A stretch of DNA of 63,744 nucleotides, counting the filler, from Dugesia japonica (Eukaryota): NCBI GenBank assembly GCA_001938525.1. It is 6 parts of 6 records of this genome, joined end to end, with 100 filler letters (N's around TTAATTAATTAA, not from the genome) between each part and the next. Parts side by side here need not be neighbours in the genome. Positions count along the whole stretch, not along the records: positions 1 to 9,556 come from MQRL01647730.1; positions 9,657 to 18,133 come from MQRL01534455.1; 4 more parts are not named here. One strand, given 5' to 3'. Of the stretch, positions 1-14,519 are shown piece by piece. Every line of letters begins with the position of its first letter. The stretch's first letter is position 1. Both the position numbers and the translations under genes were made by a program. The notes under the pieces are model-generated. The model saw only the letters and a list, made by a program, of their open reading frames with translations. It did no database searches and was not told where the DNA came from.

Positions 1-54
1 AAATATATATTAAAACAGTTGAATATGAATATTTGAATGTAAATTCACTTTTAG

Positions 55-3000
55 ATCTTGCTTGCATGGTGCTATTGTGAATTCTGAAATTATTCCCGTG
101 GCATGTTTAGATAACTCCTGTAAATCTACAATACAAGATCGTGAAATTCGTGCTGTTAGATTATTATTTTATTTATTAAAAAATGGCTAGCCAATTAATT
201 GAGCAATATAAAATACTTAATGAGCATTATAAAATCGAAAATGAGCATTATAAAAATTTAAATTTTGAACATCATAATATGAAAAATAGTACATTATTTT
301 AATTTTTTGAATCTTAAGCTGAGTAATTATGAAACATATCTATATAAACAAGTTTTAAAAAAAATTTATTGTTATAATTTCCAATCAATAAAAATTCATT
401 TTAATCAGATTAATGATAATTGTGTTTGCATTTGGAAATTTATAACAGAATTAATTGAACAATAATAGTTCCCGAAGAAAGCATAAACGAAATATTGAAC
501 AATTTGTAAAATAGAAGAACAATTTTGATATTGCTTGTGAAAAATTTAAAATAAAATTTTTTTATAATTACAATTATTGCAAGAATAATTGTTAAACTTA
601 ACCATTGATCGCATTTGAGATTTTATTAAAATAAAGAAAGAGCTTCTATCAAAATAAAACGATTATTGAAATTCAAAATTTCGACAATAGTCTTCTTCCT
701 GTACATGTACCTTTTCCAAAGTTCCTGTATTATTTGTCAAAATAATACATCATATGCTGAATACAGTTGATATGAATGTTTCAAAATTGATGAATCGACA
801 AATTCCATACCGTTATATAAAATGTTTACATAAATGAAATTATAGCGTTTTTACATACCGCAAGCGTAGTATTCGAATATGCAAATATCATAATATAAAC
901 TTTATAACCAAAATCTCAAAAATAACAGTTGAACAATAAAGAATAAATGTCGATCACGTATTAAATACATAACGATTATTATTCAGTGAAAATCATATGG
1001 GAATCCTAGGGAATTNNNNNNNNNNNNNNNNNNNNNNNNNNNNNNNNNNNNNNNNNNNNNNNNNNNNNNNNNNNNNNNNNNNNNNNNNNNNNNNNNNNGT
1101 AATATATGATTTGAATCGAGGCAAATTCACTTTAATTGGAACTTGATTTCATGTGATGGTTCATATAACACTAACATTCCCGACCTGATTGTCAACCGAA
1201 ATTAGATTTTAATTATATAATCAGTTAAAGTACATAAATAGTAGATTCACATTGATCTAATTTAGAATTGATGGTATCTGGATTTCTTTATTTTGACCAT
1301 TTATTTACAATTGATGTGACAGTAACAATGAATCTTAATTATAGCATTCGTTCTGTTAAAGTATATTCAACCTTTACTAAACGATTTGTAGCTTCCAATG
1401 CATTGTTCGTATTTATTGCTTATATTAGGCTACTAATTAATTATAAATACGTATTTAAATTAAAATTTAAATGTGTTTATTGAAAAATTAAAGAATATTG
1501 TGTATTAATTATATAATTTTTCATATAACTATTGCTACTTTATTATATTTATTGCTAACATTGTGTTTTTTAAAAAATAATGCTCAATTAGTATTATTTT
1601 AATGCTCATTTAAATATAAGTCTTAAAAAATTGACAAAACGTATCATCGAGTGTTCATTGAAAATTTCCAAGCTTTCGTAAAACCAATACATGTTAATAA
1701 ATGTAATGATTCATAACTAGGAAAACCGAAGAATTGACCTTATTGCATTATTTATAGCGCTTTTAAATTGCAATTATTTTTTAAATTGACTTAATAACTT
1801 TTTATTTTATTATTAATTTAACTATTTGAAAAGCCAAATTTTTATTAAATTTTATTAAAATAGCATATCACGTAATTTTTTATATTTTCTGGGCTAAAAT
1901 TTCGATCTTTTGCAATTAGTTTTTTCATCATTGAAAAGCTTCTTTCCACTTCACAAATAGTAGTAGGACATTCGAAAAGTAAAGAATGTTTGTGAGAAAA
2001 TTGACCCAATCTTCAAACCAACTATTTTTGAAATTTGCGAATTATTGAATCTTTCACCAATTTTACAAACATCATATCTAAAATTTAAGCTATTCAAAGC
2101 ATGAAATGCTTGCCTTATTAAAAATGATAGAGATTCAGTTTTGTAATGTATCAAAAATACATTTAATTTGAGATGCTATTTTTATCAAGATTGATGGAAG
2201 AGATTCTTGATTCATAGATTTTTATATTTTGCCTACTTCCCATCATTATCAAAAGCATTAACAATTATTTTAACGAATAGCAAGTTTTTTTAATTAGCAC
2301 AATGCTATATCTAGTCATGTTTCTCATCTAGTCAAAACCACTTTGGGAGGTATATCAATTTGCTTAAAGCATTCTCGTGTGGTTTTTATGATATGACAGT
2401 TTAACTGTAGCAATCAAATAATTTGCATCTGTGAAAAAATCTTGAATTCTCGTTGAACCATTATGTCATTATAGATAGTTTACATTAAAAATCACCCGTG
2501 AATGATTTAGTGGGCTCATTTAGATACTTCACTTTATAAGAAGTAATCTTGTTGCTCTTGGATTTTGTAACTTTCGACATTACTCAGTGAACAGAGGAAG
2601 AGCACAAAATGTATTATAAAACAAATTTATTTTTAATTTTTTAAATTTTGGAATTAATTGAATTTTAAGGTTTATTGACAAATTGACTTCAAAATTTCAA
2701 AATTGGTAGTTAAATGACTAAAATTAGGAGACGCAATTCGTTCATTTTTTTAAAAACATGTAGTTATCGCGGTGAATTCATTTTAAGGTTGTACAATAAA
2801 TTTATATTCACCCGTTATTTTTTTGTTTTTTATCCCGGTTCTCAAAACATTTGCCTTAGGAGAACGTTATGCGAAGATGGTTCATATTTTGAGTAAATAA
2901 ATAAATATTCAACATTCAAGAACAACTTCATTTTTTTTATCAAATTCAGCATTTAAATAAATAAATAATCAAATAATAAATTAGTTCTCATCTTTAATAT

Positions 3001-6000
3001 TTCATTTCGTAATAATTTTAAATAATTTATTAGATCCTAAATGAGCAAGAATATGAAATTTTTGGTGATAAATCTTTAATGATTGCTCGATCTAAATTAC
3101 GGGATATCTTTCACTGCAAAAAGCCAGATTGCAAATATTTTGGAATTTGCGATGATTTGAATTTGGAATATTTTATTTGTCCTGCTTGTAAATCATTAAA
3201 TTGTATCAAATGTAATGCTGTCCATAATGATTTAACATGTAAAGAATTTCAAATATCTAATGGTAGTTCTAAAACTTTAGATGTAAAAAGTATTGAGTTT
3301 ATCGAAGTAATTTATTAATTGTGCCATATTAAATTGAATATATTTCTTCAAGAAAGAAATTAAAGAAGGAAAATCTATGAAATGTCCAACATGTGGATGT
3401 ATTATTAAAAAAGCAGGAGGTTGTAATTGGATCAAATGTCCTCAATGTAAATTAGAATTGTGTTGGGTATTAAAAATGCCACGATGGGGACCAGAGGTAA
3501 TATTTTGGAGTGAAATTTTGTCAAAATTACTCATTTCTTAGTAAAATTACAAAAAATACGAATTTACTATTGTGTTATCCGTAAAGTTCGTGCTGATTTT
3601 TATTATGTAAAATTAAAACAGGTTTTAATATATAGGAATGATTGAAAACAAGTCACACGTATATATTCTAAAAGGTAAATGACAGTTGAATTAATAAACA
3701 TAAAATGATTTGTTTAAATAATCATCCAAAGTTTTGCGCCAATTTAAATATGGAAGAATATAATAATCATTATAGACAGTATGAGGCTTTTCTTTTACCG
3801 AAAAGGTAAAAACGTTACACACGCAGCAAACAAAATATGCACTGTTTATGGTAAAGTTGCTTTATTTGAGAATACTGTTCGGAAGAGGTTTGCTAGGTTT
3901 AAAGCTGGGGATTTCAACCTTTACTATAAGGATCGTCTGGTCGACCCAGCACTACTGATGAAGATCAGGTAAAAAACACTTGTTGACACTTGAATTAGCA
4001 GAAATGTTAAATATATCGAAAACCACCATTCATGAACATTTATTGAAGTTTGGATACATAAACCGTTTAGATATATGGATTCCACATAATTTAAGTGAAA
4101 AGGACTTAATGGATTCCATCAATATTTGTGACTCACTCTATAAACCCAATGAGATAACACCATTTTGGAAGCAAGTACTGGCATGAGATGAGAAATGCAT
4201 CATTTTTAATAATGTTCAGCGGAAAAGATTCTGAGGAAGGTGAATAGGATAACTATTAACCACCCCGATCTTCATTCTAAAAAAGTTATGATTTATGGCT
4301 GGTGATGTCCTAGAAGACATCGAAACAACGATGTTTTGATCTTTGCAATTGAAAATAAATTCTATTTATTAAATTTGTTTTTCAAAATATTTGTTTAGTT
4401 TACAATGGAAAAGTTAATTTTTAGATAATGAAATTTTTAAAATGAAATTTATTAATGGTATGCACCATATTTCCGAGAAAATGCTCAGTAAATTTTAAAT
4501 TTAATGTTATAATTAATTACCAATGAAAATTGATTTTAATCAGATTAATTTAAATTGTGTTTCTATTTAAACGTTTATAACCAGAATGAATTGANNNNNN
4601 NNNNNNNNNNNNNNNNNNNNNNNNNNNNNNNNNNNNNNNNNNNNNNNNNNNNNNNNNNNNNNNNNNNNNNNNNNNNNNNNNNNNNNNNNNNNNNNNNNNN
4701 NNNNNNNNNNNNNNNNNNNTTTAAATGTTCGCTTGTTAAAATATTATTTAAACTAATTTCCATAACTCTCCCTATTTTAAAACGTTTTGCATCGCTTTAG
4801 CCACTTTATTCTCCTGATTTTCAAACCGTTTGTAAACTTGATTTCCCTTTGATGTGCTGACACGAATCTCATTCTTCTATATGGTCCTTCATGCTGAAGA
4901 TTGTTTTTATTCCTCCTGTGTGGTTCTACCCTCCCTAATACCCACTCTCCCTTCTTGAATTATCTTTGTCTGCGTCTCTCTCTTTCCAAATTCATCATCT
5001 TATCTGCTGCTTCGTGTATCGGAAAAGTTGCTTTTTCTTATGTTTAATTGTCTATTGACGTCATAAATATACCACCAAATTTCTGAAAGAGATGACATAA
5101 ACTTTTATTGTCGTTTTATCATGACATCTTTTAAGCATAATTCCTTCCCTACACATCTGAGTGAGTTTTCTTCAAACAATCAGCTTCAATCCTTTTTATT
5201 TCATCAATTTTTACTCCGAATTTATGCATCGTTTCAATGCCACCTATAAATTCTGGGTGAATTCTTTTGACTATGATGACTTGAATTATTTGAATTTTTT
5301 TATTCCAACGCATTTCTAGTTCTGTTGTATCTAATGGTTCTTCGCGATTTGTAAACGCTCTGTTCAATTTGGTATTATATGATTTCAAAAGGTTTTTTAA
5401 TTTTTATCCAATACCCTTCACTCATAACTGTCTCCGACGCACGTGAATCCCATGACATTTCTAAACTTACTCCGTTGATATACACTTCACTCCTTTCTCG
5501 ACCATCTTCCTTCTCAAATATCTCTCATCATCATTTCGATTTGTTTCGCCATTCTTTACACTAACTCCATTGACGAAATGAATGCAATTGAGCCTTTTTA
5601 GATTTTTCCATTTCAACATCATGTGTTGCTATACTCTCATCTTCCTCATTCTATTCGCTTTATTCTTCTTGAGTATACATAATTTTAGCATTACTTCTAT
5701 CTCCCGAACCCTGTTACATCTGACATTGTCTTAGACTGTGACCACTTTTACCGCATATTAAACATCTGTTCTTTATGTACATTGATATCACCAGTGTACG
5801 TGTTGTCCCTCACGAAGTCTCTCCTCTTGAGGCTCTTGGATCCCTCTGCTCCTTTTAAAATAGCTTCTTGCTAATTGTTTCATTGATACTGTGGGTCATG
5901 ACCTCATCTGTGTTCTATTTATTGGGTCCTCATTTCTCTGTAATTACTCTGATATTCTTTCAACTCTCGCATAATTTGAAATTGTATTAACTTGACCTCA

Positions 6001-9000
6001 TCTTTTTTCTATGTTGTCTATTAATGTGAACGTTTCTTTAAACTCGTCTGTATTCTATTGTTTCCGTAAAATAATCTCCATTTCAACTTTATTATCTGCA
6101 CAAAATACTAACATATTTGTCATAATTTTCTCGTGTGTAAACTCTGAAAATAATATTTATACTAAATCCTCTATATTTTTAAAATAAACATCAAACTCTT
6201 CATTTCACGTCTATATTTAACCAAATTTTGAAAATCTATGACTACTTGTTTTTCTTTTTAAAATGCTAACCCATCAACTATTTTCAATATCATGGCATAT
6301 TCTTCTAACAAATCTTCGATTAATCGATCTAAATGATATCGCCTGAATTTTAATTATTTAATTCGTTAGTAATTTTCTTTTATTATAATTAATCTTGTAA
6401 TGAAAGAGTAGAATTTATCTTATCCCTAAACGGATTTATTTTAAATATATAAATTAAGGGCCGGTTTTCTTATAAGGCTAAATATATCCCTTACAATCTG
6501 TTTGGGTGTAAGTTCNNNNNNNNNNNNNNNNNNNNNNNNNNNNNNNNNNNNNNNNNNNNNNNNNNNNNNNNNNNNNNNNNNTACTGTTCCGTTAGATATA
6601 TAATAATTTAATGCATATTATTATTATCAATATTAATATTGTTTTTAATTTTTCTATTACATGCCTAGGATTCTTTATTTTCTTTTTCATTGTTATTTTA
6701 CTTTTTGTGATATTTTCATTTCTTGGATTTCGCTTTGTTTATTTTTCTTTATGAATTATTTGATTGGTACTTCTTTTTCAATATTGGGTTTTAAGAACAC
6801 TGATTTACTGTTATCAACCTTTAGTATTATATATTTTCTGTATCTGTTCACTATCAACATTTAATTTAATAATATTTGTTTATGTTAGTTTAAACTCTGT
6901 GAACGAAAAAGGGTATTTGATGATTTTTTTCCTACCGGAAGTGCGAATATATTTGTTATTTACATGCAGTGTTAAACTTTTTGCATGATATTTTTCATGG
7001 CCCAAGCTATTGATTACGAAAAAAAATCATAATTAGTGCCGACAATGGAAATTTTGAAGCAAATTATTTTCCTTGAATTATCTAATCGTAAAAGGATCGT
7101 AATGATATATTTATTTAAATAAGAATAATTTTTTAGTTTAACGCAGTGCCCCAATCTATTTTAGCCGAATGACCACTTTCGCTATAGTTTCATCTGTAAA
7201 TAAGTCTACCGCCCACCTAAAATTTATAAAACTAATTATAATTCAAATACTGTACTAATAAAACAGAATGCAATGACTGGTACAGTTCTAGAGATTTCAG
7301 AGTTAATGCGCTTGGTTTTTGGATGCCAAAGACATAATGTGGTTTCCGATTGGTATGAAACAGTCTCAAATCATCGCTCTTAGCTATATCCAGATTGTTT
7401 GTTTGATTAGTGATGAGGTTAGTTACTAGGCTGAATCCATGTACATATTTGCAGCTCAATCAAATCGCGAAAGTGCGCTGACATGTCAGTTTCTAAGGAT
7501 TTTCGACATTTGCCAAATTTCTCTATGTNNNNNNNNNNNNNNNNNNNNNNNNNNNNNNNNNNNNNNNNNNNNNNNNNNNNNNNNNNNNNNNNNNTATTCT
7601 GTTGGTGCAATGCCAACTTCTGAATAAATGTGACAAAGACTTTCTTAGAATCGATTAATGTCACAAGCTGTCCTTGATATTTCAAATTGATATCATGGAA
7701 CTTTTGGAATATTCCAGCGAGGTAGAACGGATCTTTCTTTGCAGCTGTCAATTTCTCATAAAGAGTGAGTCACCATATGAGTCAAATAATTGTAGGATAC
7801 TGTCAAATAATTCTGTAAATCTTACTAAGTAGTTGCTTTTCGACAACCAGCGAACTGCAGTTTTAAGAAGTNNNNNNNNNNNNNNNNNNNNNNNNNNNNN
7901 NNNNNNNNNNNNNNNNNNNNNNNNNNNNNNNNNNNNNNNNNNNNNNNNNNNNNNNNNNNNNNNNNNNNNNNNNNNNNNNNNNNNNNNAGTGCTTAGCTAC
8001 GAGGTGTTGTGTGTGTACAACACAATAAATTGTGAACATGTCAGGAACAGTAGTTTTCAAAGGCGCTAGTAATCCATGATAGAGACCAACCATCGCAGAT
8101 ACACCATCAGTTGCGCAGGCAACAATGTTTTTAAAAGGAATATGCTTCATGCCTAAAAAAATTTCAAAGTGACAAAGATTGATTCTTCCTTGTAAGCAGT
8201 GAATAATGTTNNNNNNNNNNNNNNNNNNNNNNNNNGTTTGTGGTCTTCATCGAAATATTTGACACAGCCTATAAACAAATCTTCATTCTCAGGTAACGTA
8301 GATTCATTCTGGTAAGATGAGTGCATCAACAATATTATGAGGTTTACCAAACATCGTACTATGCAACCAGTTCGTTTAACTATTGCATTACTTTTTTGAA
8401 ACATTGTGGTAATTGTTTGTTGTTCCTTGAATTGCTTATTCAGAATTTTAAAATTATCCACTGTCTTATCCTTTTTTTCTGAGTGCATAGAATTTAAATG
8501 TGCTTAAAGGCGTTATGACTTCATGGCCTCATTTGAGAAACTGTTTTTTCATTGAGACTTGCTTGTCATTAAGAGCTTTAATAAATCCATATGAGAGATA
8601 GTCCAATGAATACTGCCGGCAACACTTCTTCAATGATGGCGTGTCCTTATTCAATCCTGATGATAATCAAATGCAAACAAATGTATTTGTAAAGTATTTA
8701 AGTTGACAAGCAAGCATTATGCCTACGTGCAGTGTGCTGCTTANACACATATTACTCATAAAAGCAAAAGACAAACTATGTAAACTTTAAAATAATAGTT
8801 GCACTGTCTGTAGGATGAGTAAGTGAATGACTACGCTAGATCGCTGTACTGTAATTTGTCTCAAATTGTTGCGAGTATGATTACCTGCATTATTAGTAAC
8901 AGAACTTTTACGAGTTTCGTGCATATACATGTAGCATAGGCTATTTACAACTGGGTNCAAATACTGGGACAACGCAGCTAAAATGATTGGTTGTTGGTCT

Positions 9001-9556
9001 TGGTGAATGGTGTTTGGTTTATCCGAGCGAGTGTACAAATTCTAGTAATATCTGGGTATAGTCAGCAGATAAATTTCCGAAAAGATAATTCCCACCTATA
9101 CACAGAGCGCTCACCTAATGCCCACTTAATATTTTCTAACGCCCACTAAAGGGTGAAATCGCCCAAGTTGAAGGTTCATGGTTTAACATCTCAATCCCCA
9201 AATTTTAATAAAGAATTTAAAAGTTAATGTAAAATGAAAGAATAAAAATGCTTTCGGTATAACTTTTTAGATTAATATTTAGTTAAAGCAATTTTTTTAT
9301 TATTCCAATTTTTTAAATAAGCGATAGTTCTAATGCCTTTTAATAATCTAAGCAAATTCATTAATTATAATTTTTGTAAAAAAATCAATTTTAAAATAGT
9401 TGAAATTTATTAATGTAAATTTGTATTCATAATATAACTTAAAAATTTAATCCCTTTGTTTAAAGAATTTAATTTTTTAACATTTCTAGGGAAACGGAGA
9501 CATATCTGGAGGATGTAAATGTGGTGTGAATAATATACTATGTTCCCCCGATTGTT
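55..9556 (+). CDS. RBCK1: HOIL-1/RBCK1-like RBR E3 ubiquitin ligase, 3' part (4 visible exons: 55-154, 3034-3306, 3353-3496, 9490-9556+)
   Basis: GT-AG exons splice in frame: SCLHGAIVNSEIIPVACLDNSCKSTIQDREIRA (RING1 end); FHCKKPDC..CPAC..NCIKCNAVH..TC (IBR); MKCPTCGCIIKKAGGCNWIKCPQCKLELCWVLKMPRWGPE (RING2 with catalytic Cys); GNGDISGGCKCGVNNILCSPDC (HOIL-1-type C-terminal Zn tail). The 5' exons lie outside the window and the last codons fall in the gap. Confidence 0.9.
560..700 (-). repeat. Dispersed Penelope pLTR-like repeat with a degenerate hammerhead motif
   Basis: Shares ataattacaattattg..gaataattgtt..accatt..catttgagattt..aaaata..gcttc.atcaaaa with copies at 26440-26540, 40655-40685 and 49460-49620; minus strand reads GAAGAA-GAC-TATT-GTC-GAAA. 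Confidence 0.6.
3570..4305 (+). mobile_element. Degenerate mariner transposon, 5' part, in an RBCK1 intron
   Basis: TA followed by a mariner-like TIR (ttgtgttatccgtaaagttcgtgctgatttt); HTH (TVRKRFARFKAGDF), WIPHNL (WVPHEL motif), first catalytic Asp region (DEK), LHSKKVM; frameshifts and stops. Confidence 0.88.
4740..6330 (-). mobile_element. Decayed Gypsy gag-protease remnant
   Basis: HPEFIGGIE (compare PDLIGGVEF in the other Gypsy copies) and a degenerate DSRASETV aspartic protease motif; heavily interrupted. Confidence 0.55.
7144..9182 (-). mobile_element. Degenerate hAT transposon (Buster/Charlie-like)
   Basis: ACATDGVSAMVG, IYCVVHTQHLVAK (CxxH motif), AVRWLS, INLKYQG; the ends resemble CAGTGGTTCCCAAC-type TIRs. 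Confidence 0.85.
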
Positions 9557-9656
9557 NNNNNNNNNNNNNNNNNNNNNNNNNNNNNNNNNNNNNNNNNNNN
9601 TTAATTAATTAANNNNNNNNNNNNNNNNNNNNNNNNNNNNNNNNNNNNNNNNNNNN
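9557..9656. other. Artificial scaffold linker
   Basis: N44-TTAATTAATTAA-N44, with stops in all six frames; five identical copies in the window. Confidence 0.97.
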
Positions 9657-10418
9657 TTATTCTTTTATTGATTTGCCACAAAAAATTCCCCGAATCAACC
9701 TGTCTATTTAATTTACCTCACAATGATCAATGGACAAAAATTCTCTCATACAATGAGAAATATCGATTTAACTAAAGCGGATCATATTGTGATTTAATAT
9801 GATAAAGTCACACAAACTGATAAAAAGATCTATCTTTATAACGGATTATATTCTACTATCTTTAAAGGTGTGTGAGTAAGAAAAAAATGTTGATTATATA
9901 ACAATAGACTTGATCAATAAGTATGAAGAAGCAAATTTAAAAAGTAAGAGTAATATTAATATTCTGATTAAAAGTGATTTAAAGTGACGTAGAAGATATT
10001 TTTCCCAAAATTTGAACGTTAAAGAAGAATTTATACGTTTATTTGCTTTACTGATGCATGTTATTGAGATTGGGAAAAGCTCAACTAACTCATTTCATAA
10101 CATGTCAGTAGACACATCGCCATCCGACAATAACAAGTCAGTTGAAATGTCTAATGGCAGTAAGCCTAGTGTTCAATATAAGAATTGCTAGAGATTGTTA
10201 TTGACTGGGTAACTTACTGGGAACATTTATTATTATTTATCTTTGTTAATTATAATTCCTATTGATAACAACTATATTTCCTTAGAAGATAATGATTATA
10301 TTATAATGAAACTAAATTAGTTAATAAAATTAACGTATGTTTAAAATATATTTATTTATGCATATGTCGATTTACTTATATAAAGGTCAATATGATATAT
10401 TATGTTTTCGTCATATCA

Positions 10419-10419
<1 letters not shown>

Positions 10420-10486
<67 letters not shown>

Positions 10487-10536
10487 NNNNNNNNNNNNNN
10501 NNNNNNNNNNNNNNNNNNNNNNNNNNNNNNNNNNNN

Positions 10537-10600
<64 letters not shown>
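10420..10600. repeat. (TAT)n microsatellite
   Basis: Perfect trinucleotide run containing a gap. Confidence 0.98.
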
Positions 10601-10603
<3 letters not shown>

Positions 10604-11479
10604 TGAAACAGTAAAGCAAAAAATATTAATAATAAGTCTGTGCGGGAAATTTAAATATTAGGTCTGCGGGGAAGTTTAAATATTAAGTCTCCACAGAGAT
10701 ATAATATTCTTAAAACTGCCCGCGGAATTTTAATATTATTTCTGCCCGGATGATAGTTAACATTGACCTAATAAAGATTATCATGGAAATGACTTTGACC
10801 TACATTCATTCGACCTTCAAGTATTTCCCCAATCAGAACTGAGTATACTAAATCAATCTGACTTTGAAAATTCAACCTTTAATTATTTCAGCTTATCAGA
10901 ACCAGTTGCCGTGTAACGAGTTTAGAAGGCATCCAGCAGCATACATTAGCTTCATATTTTACAGACAACAAATGGACATTCCTAAAACATCTAGAGGGTT
11001 TGTTGGTTTTAACATGACAAGAAGCTTGCACTTTTATGTTACTTTCACGCACTCTGGAATTTTGCCAATCATGGATATTTTCTTTTTTGTAATAGTGTCA
11101 TGATCGTAAAATTCATTCTAGGCACTAAAAATCGCGTTGATGTTATGTGAGTTGTTAGATTTGGAAATAGAGTTAAGCATAAAATATATATTCTAAAATA
11201 AAATGACACTGTAACAAATATATATAGCTTTNNNNNNNNNNNNNNNNNNNNNNNNNNNNNNNNNNNNNNNNNNNNNNNNNNNNNNNNNNNNNNNNNNNNN
11301 NNNNNNNNTTATCACATACATATGTCGATTTACTTATATAAAGGTCAATATGAAATATTATATTATTAGTCATATCTCACAGATATAATTAATAATTGAA
11401 AAATAATAAAAAAGAATATCCAAATAGTACAATTGGAAATATTGCAAAATAATTGAATATAACAATAAGAAAATTAAAT

Positions 11480-13960
11480 GAAATTTTATTGCTTCTATCT
11501 TTGTTAGATCTCTTTTGATACCTTCTTTACTGATAACAGGTCCCAAAAATTTGATCTCCTTTCGCATGAATTGACATTTCTGCGGATTCACTCTTAGACC
11601 AGTATTCTTAATTTCTTTCAATGCTTTATTAACCATTTCATAGTGTTGTTCCATTGTTTCGGTAAATATGAGGATGTCGTCTAAATAAACCATTGCTCCT
11701 TTTATTTTCCCGATTACTTTATTCATCATTTTCTGGAATGTACCAGGTGCTACTGCAATTCCAAAAGGCATTCTATTGAATCAAAATTGCCTTTGTTTGG
11801 TCGAAAAAAGCCGTCTTCTATTGAGAATCTTTACTGAGTTCCACTTAATAGTATGCATTTCCCAAGTCTATTGAGCTAAAATACTGCGTACCTTCCAAAG
11901 CATCTAGCATTTCGACTACATTTGGCATAGGAAAAACTTGTCTTTCTGTTATTGCATTGAGCTGTCTAAAGTCTAAGCATACTCGTATATCTATTTTTTT
12001 CCTTTTCCCAACGCAGATTAATGGCGTATTCCATTGAGAATTACACTTCCGGATGATACCATTATCACACAGATTTTTGATGGCCTATTCAATCTTCTCT
12101 TCTAGATACATTGACAATAAGTTTTTATGTTGATTGGACTTCCTTTAGTGAATACTCGATATTTCGTATAATTTGTGCATCCCATGTTCCATTTATCCAC
12201 CATAAATACATCTTCATTTTTCTGAAAACTCGTAGCTAATATATGATCTTTGTCAATTTCTAGAATTCGCATTGTATGTCTCAATCGTTTACCCATCTCT
12301 ATCTGCCTTCCAAATTTTGCCTTTATGTTGCAAAAAACATTTTCTCGATAATTATAAATGTTACTTTCTTGCATACTCCTGAAATTAAAACTTCCACACG
12401 TATTTTTCCAATTGTCTCCAATGACCTGTTATTCGCACAGTGCAATCGTTCTTCGCTTTTCTCTAGCATTATCTCTCCGAGCATAATAAATCCTTTCATG
12501 CTCATTACATGTATTCTTGCTCCTGTATCTAACAAACAATCAAACTGGTCACCCTTGATCATCACTGAAATGCTAGTTCTCTCTTGCATTTTTATCATAC
12601 AAAATTTCTACATTCTGTTTCTCTTCAATTGTTCCTATCACTTCTGCTTTGTTAACTTCCGGATCATTAAAACGTTCTCTTTTTAAGAATCTGTAAATCT
12701 TTTCTCTCACTTTACTCGTCTTATTCCATTTCTTGGTCTCTTGAGGATATTCAAACGGTATCTCCTTTATTGAATGGCTCCAACCAACTCCTCTACTAAA
12801 GTAGCCATGCCTTTTGAGTATTCCCTTCTCGGATCTACATTTTCTTTTATGCTCTCAGAAAATATCTCTTCATTCTCATCATCATCCTCTTCTTGAATGG
12901 CGTGAATTTTTTTGGTCCGACTTCAATCTTTTCTTTGTTGTCCGCTTTTAGAATTGTATCTTCTCTCTTCTAGTCTAGGTTTATTAATGTTCAAATAACA
13001 TTCTTCTACTCAGTGACCCGGTCTTTTACATCTACGCATACAATTTCTGTGAACATCTTTTTGATATGACCGATCATATCGCACCCAAAACACGTTTCCG
13101 GTTTCTTGTCTGGATAATTTCTACTTAAATGGCCTTTTTTGTGACAAGTCCGACATTCCATATGATAATTCTTTGGACACTCTCATTTTGTATGCCCATA
13201 ATTTCGGCATGTCCAACACTGTTGTTCTGTTCTTTTCGTAACTCTCTCGATATTTTGTCGCCTCTCTCCGGAAAGTTGTTCACGTGTAACACACACGTAA
13301 CTCTTTACTACATTAATAGGTTCTCTTCTTTCTATTTTTTCAACTAATTATAGCTTTTCTTTTATATCCTCTTCTTTCTACAATTTTTGCAAATTATTCT
13401 CTTCTGTTTTTTACTATCTGCACAAATTATTAGCATTTTTGATAAGAGTTTTCTTTCGTCAGCTCGCCATTTGCTAAACGTTTATCGACCAAATCTTCCA
13501 CTTTTGTAAAAACACCTCAAGTTCTTCATTCTGTAAATCTTCAAGATTCTGTAAATCTTTTATTATGTCTCTCTTGCTCTCAAAAGCTAATCGCAATCTC
13601 TCTCGATATACATCAACTTTCTTCAATGTTTTCACATATGCTTCCATTAAATCTTCATGAAGCATACCTGTTACCCAACGTTCCCGATCTTTTTTAACAA
13701 CGATGTTCTTAGCCTCAAAGTATATTTCACATCGTTTGATAAACCTCTCTAGATTATTGCCCTTGCAAAATATTTTTTTGCAACAATCTCTTTGTGATCA
13801 CATCAGTGTTTACCGCTGCCACCATGTTAGATGAAATTTTAGAACTTATCATTTTATAAACATGAAAATTTAACTCTATAAAATTTATTTCAAAATAAAA
13901 CTATAACATCATTATTTGTTTAATGCAAACAAATTTAAAAATTCATATTTAAAAACGGAA
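11480..13960 (-). mobile_element. Gypsy LTR retrotransposon family A, 3'-truncated (5' LTR part, PBS, gag, protease, RT)
   Basis: LLDTGA protease motif; MPFGI..APGTFQ and YLDD RT motifs; gag homologous to 43780-44921; LTR edge at 13825. Confidence 0.92.
13812..13824 (-). promoter_or_regulatory. Primer-binding site, tRNA-Leu type
   Basis: TGGTGGCAGCGGT immediately after the LTR-terminal CA; complementary to a tRNA-Leu 3' end (CCGCTGCCACCA). Confidence 0.75.
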
Positions 13961-14519
13961 AATATTAATATTTAAATTTTTATATTTTATTAATATCTAA
14001 TTTCAAAACACTAAAATAAACATTTTTCATTCATTTAATTTTATTTAAAAATCTTTAATTTATTTAATAAAATTATTTTCTTGATACAAATTTAAATATA
14101 CTTTTGATTTTAATAAATTCCGTTTTAAAAATAAAAAATTTAAATCTGTTTTTAAAATTCTATCTTATAGTATATATACCAATTCATTACAAGTATACTT
14201 ATTAATTTATTGAAACAATTTGCAAATTTTAGTAATTTTAATAATAAAAATCGGTAATAATTTATTTTCCTCGAATTAGAGTAAAATTATTTATTTATTA
14301 TTTAATTTTCTATTTTTAATTTAATATATTTAGTTATTAAATTATTTATAATCGATAACCTCTATCCATTAAAACAAAACTAAAATATTGAATTTCTAAA
14401 ATATTCTAAAATAAACTAAGACTACTACTTTTCATAACATATCTTAAAGATTTTCGTCCCGAAAATTTATAACAATTTAAAGGAAAAAAGTAAGTAACGC
14501 CATTTAAAATAAAACTTTA

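Noticed and set aside
195-2600. Possible MULE/MITE remnant in the first visible RBCK1 intron (short inverted aatgagcatt repeats, SCDGSY)
   Set aside because: Too degenerate to assign.
10337-10661. Poly-L/Y/I ORFs
   Set aside because: Translations of a (TAT)n microsatellite.
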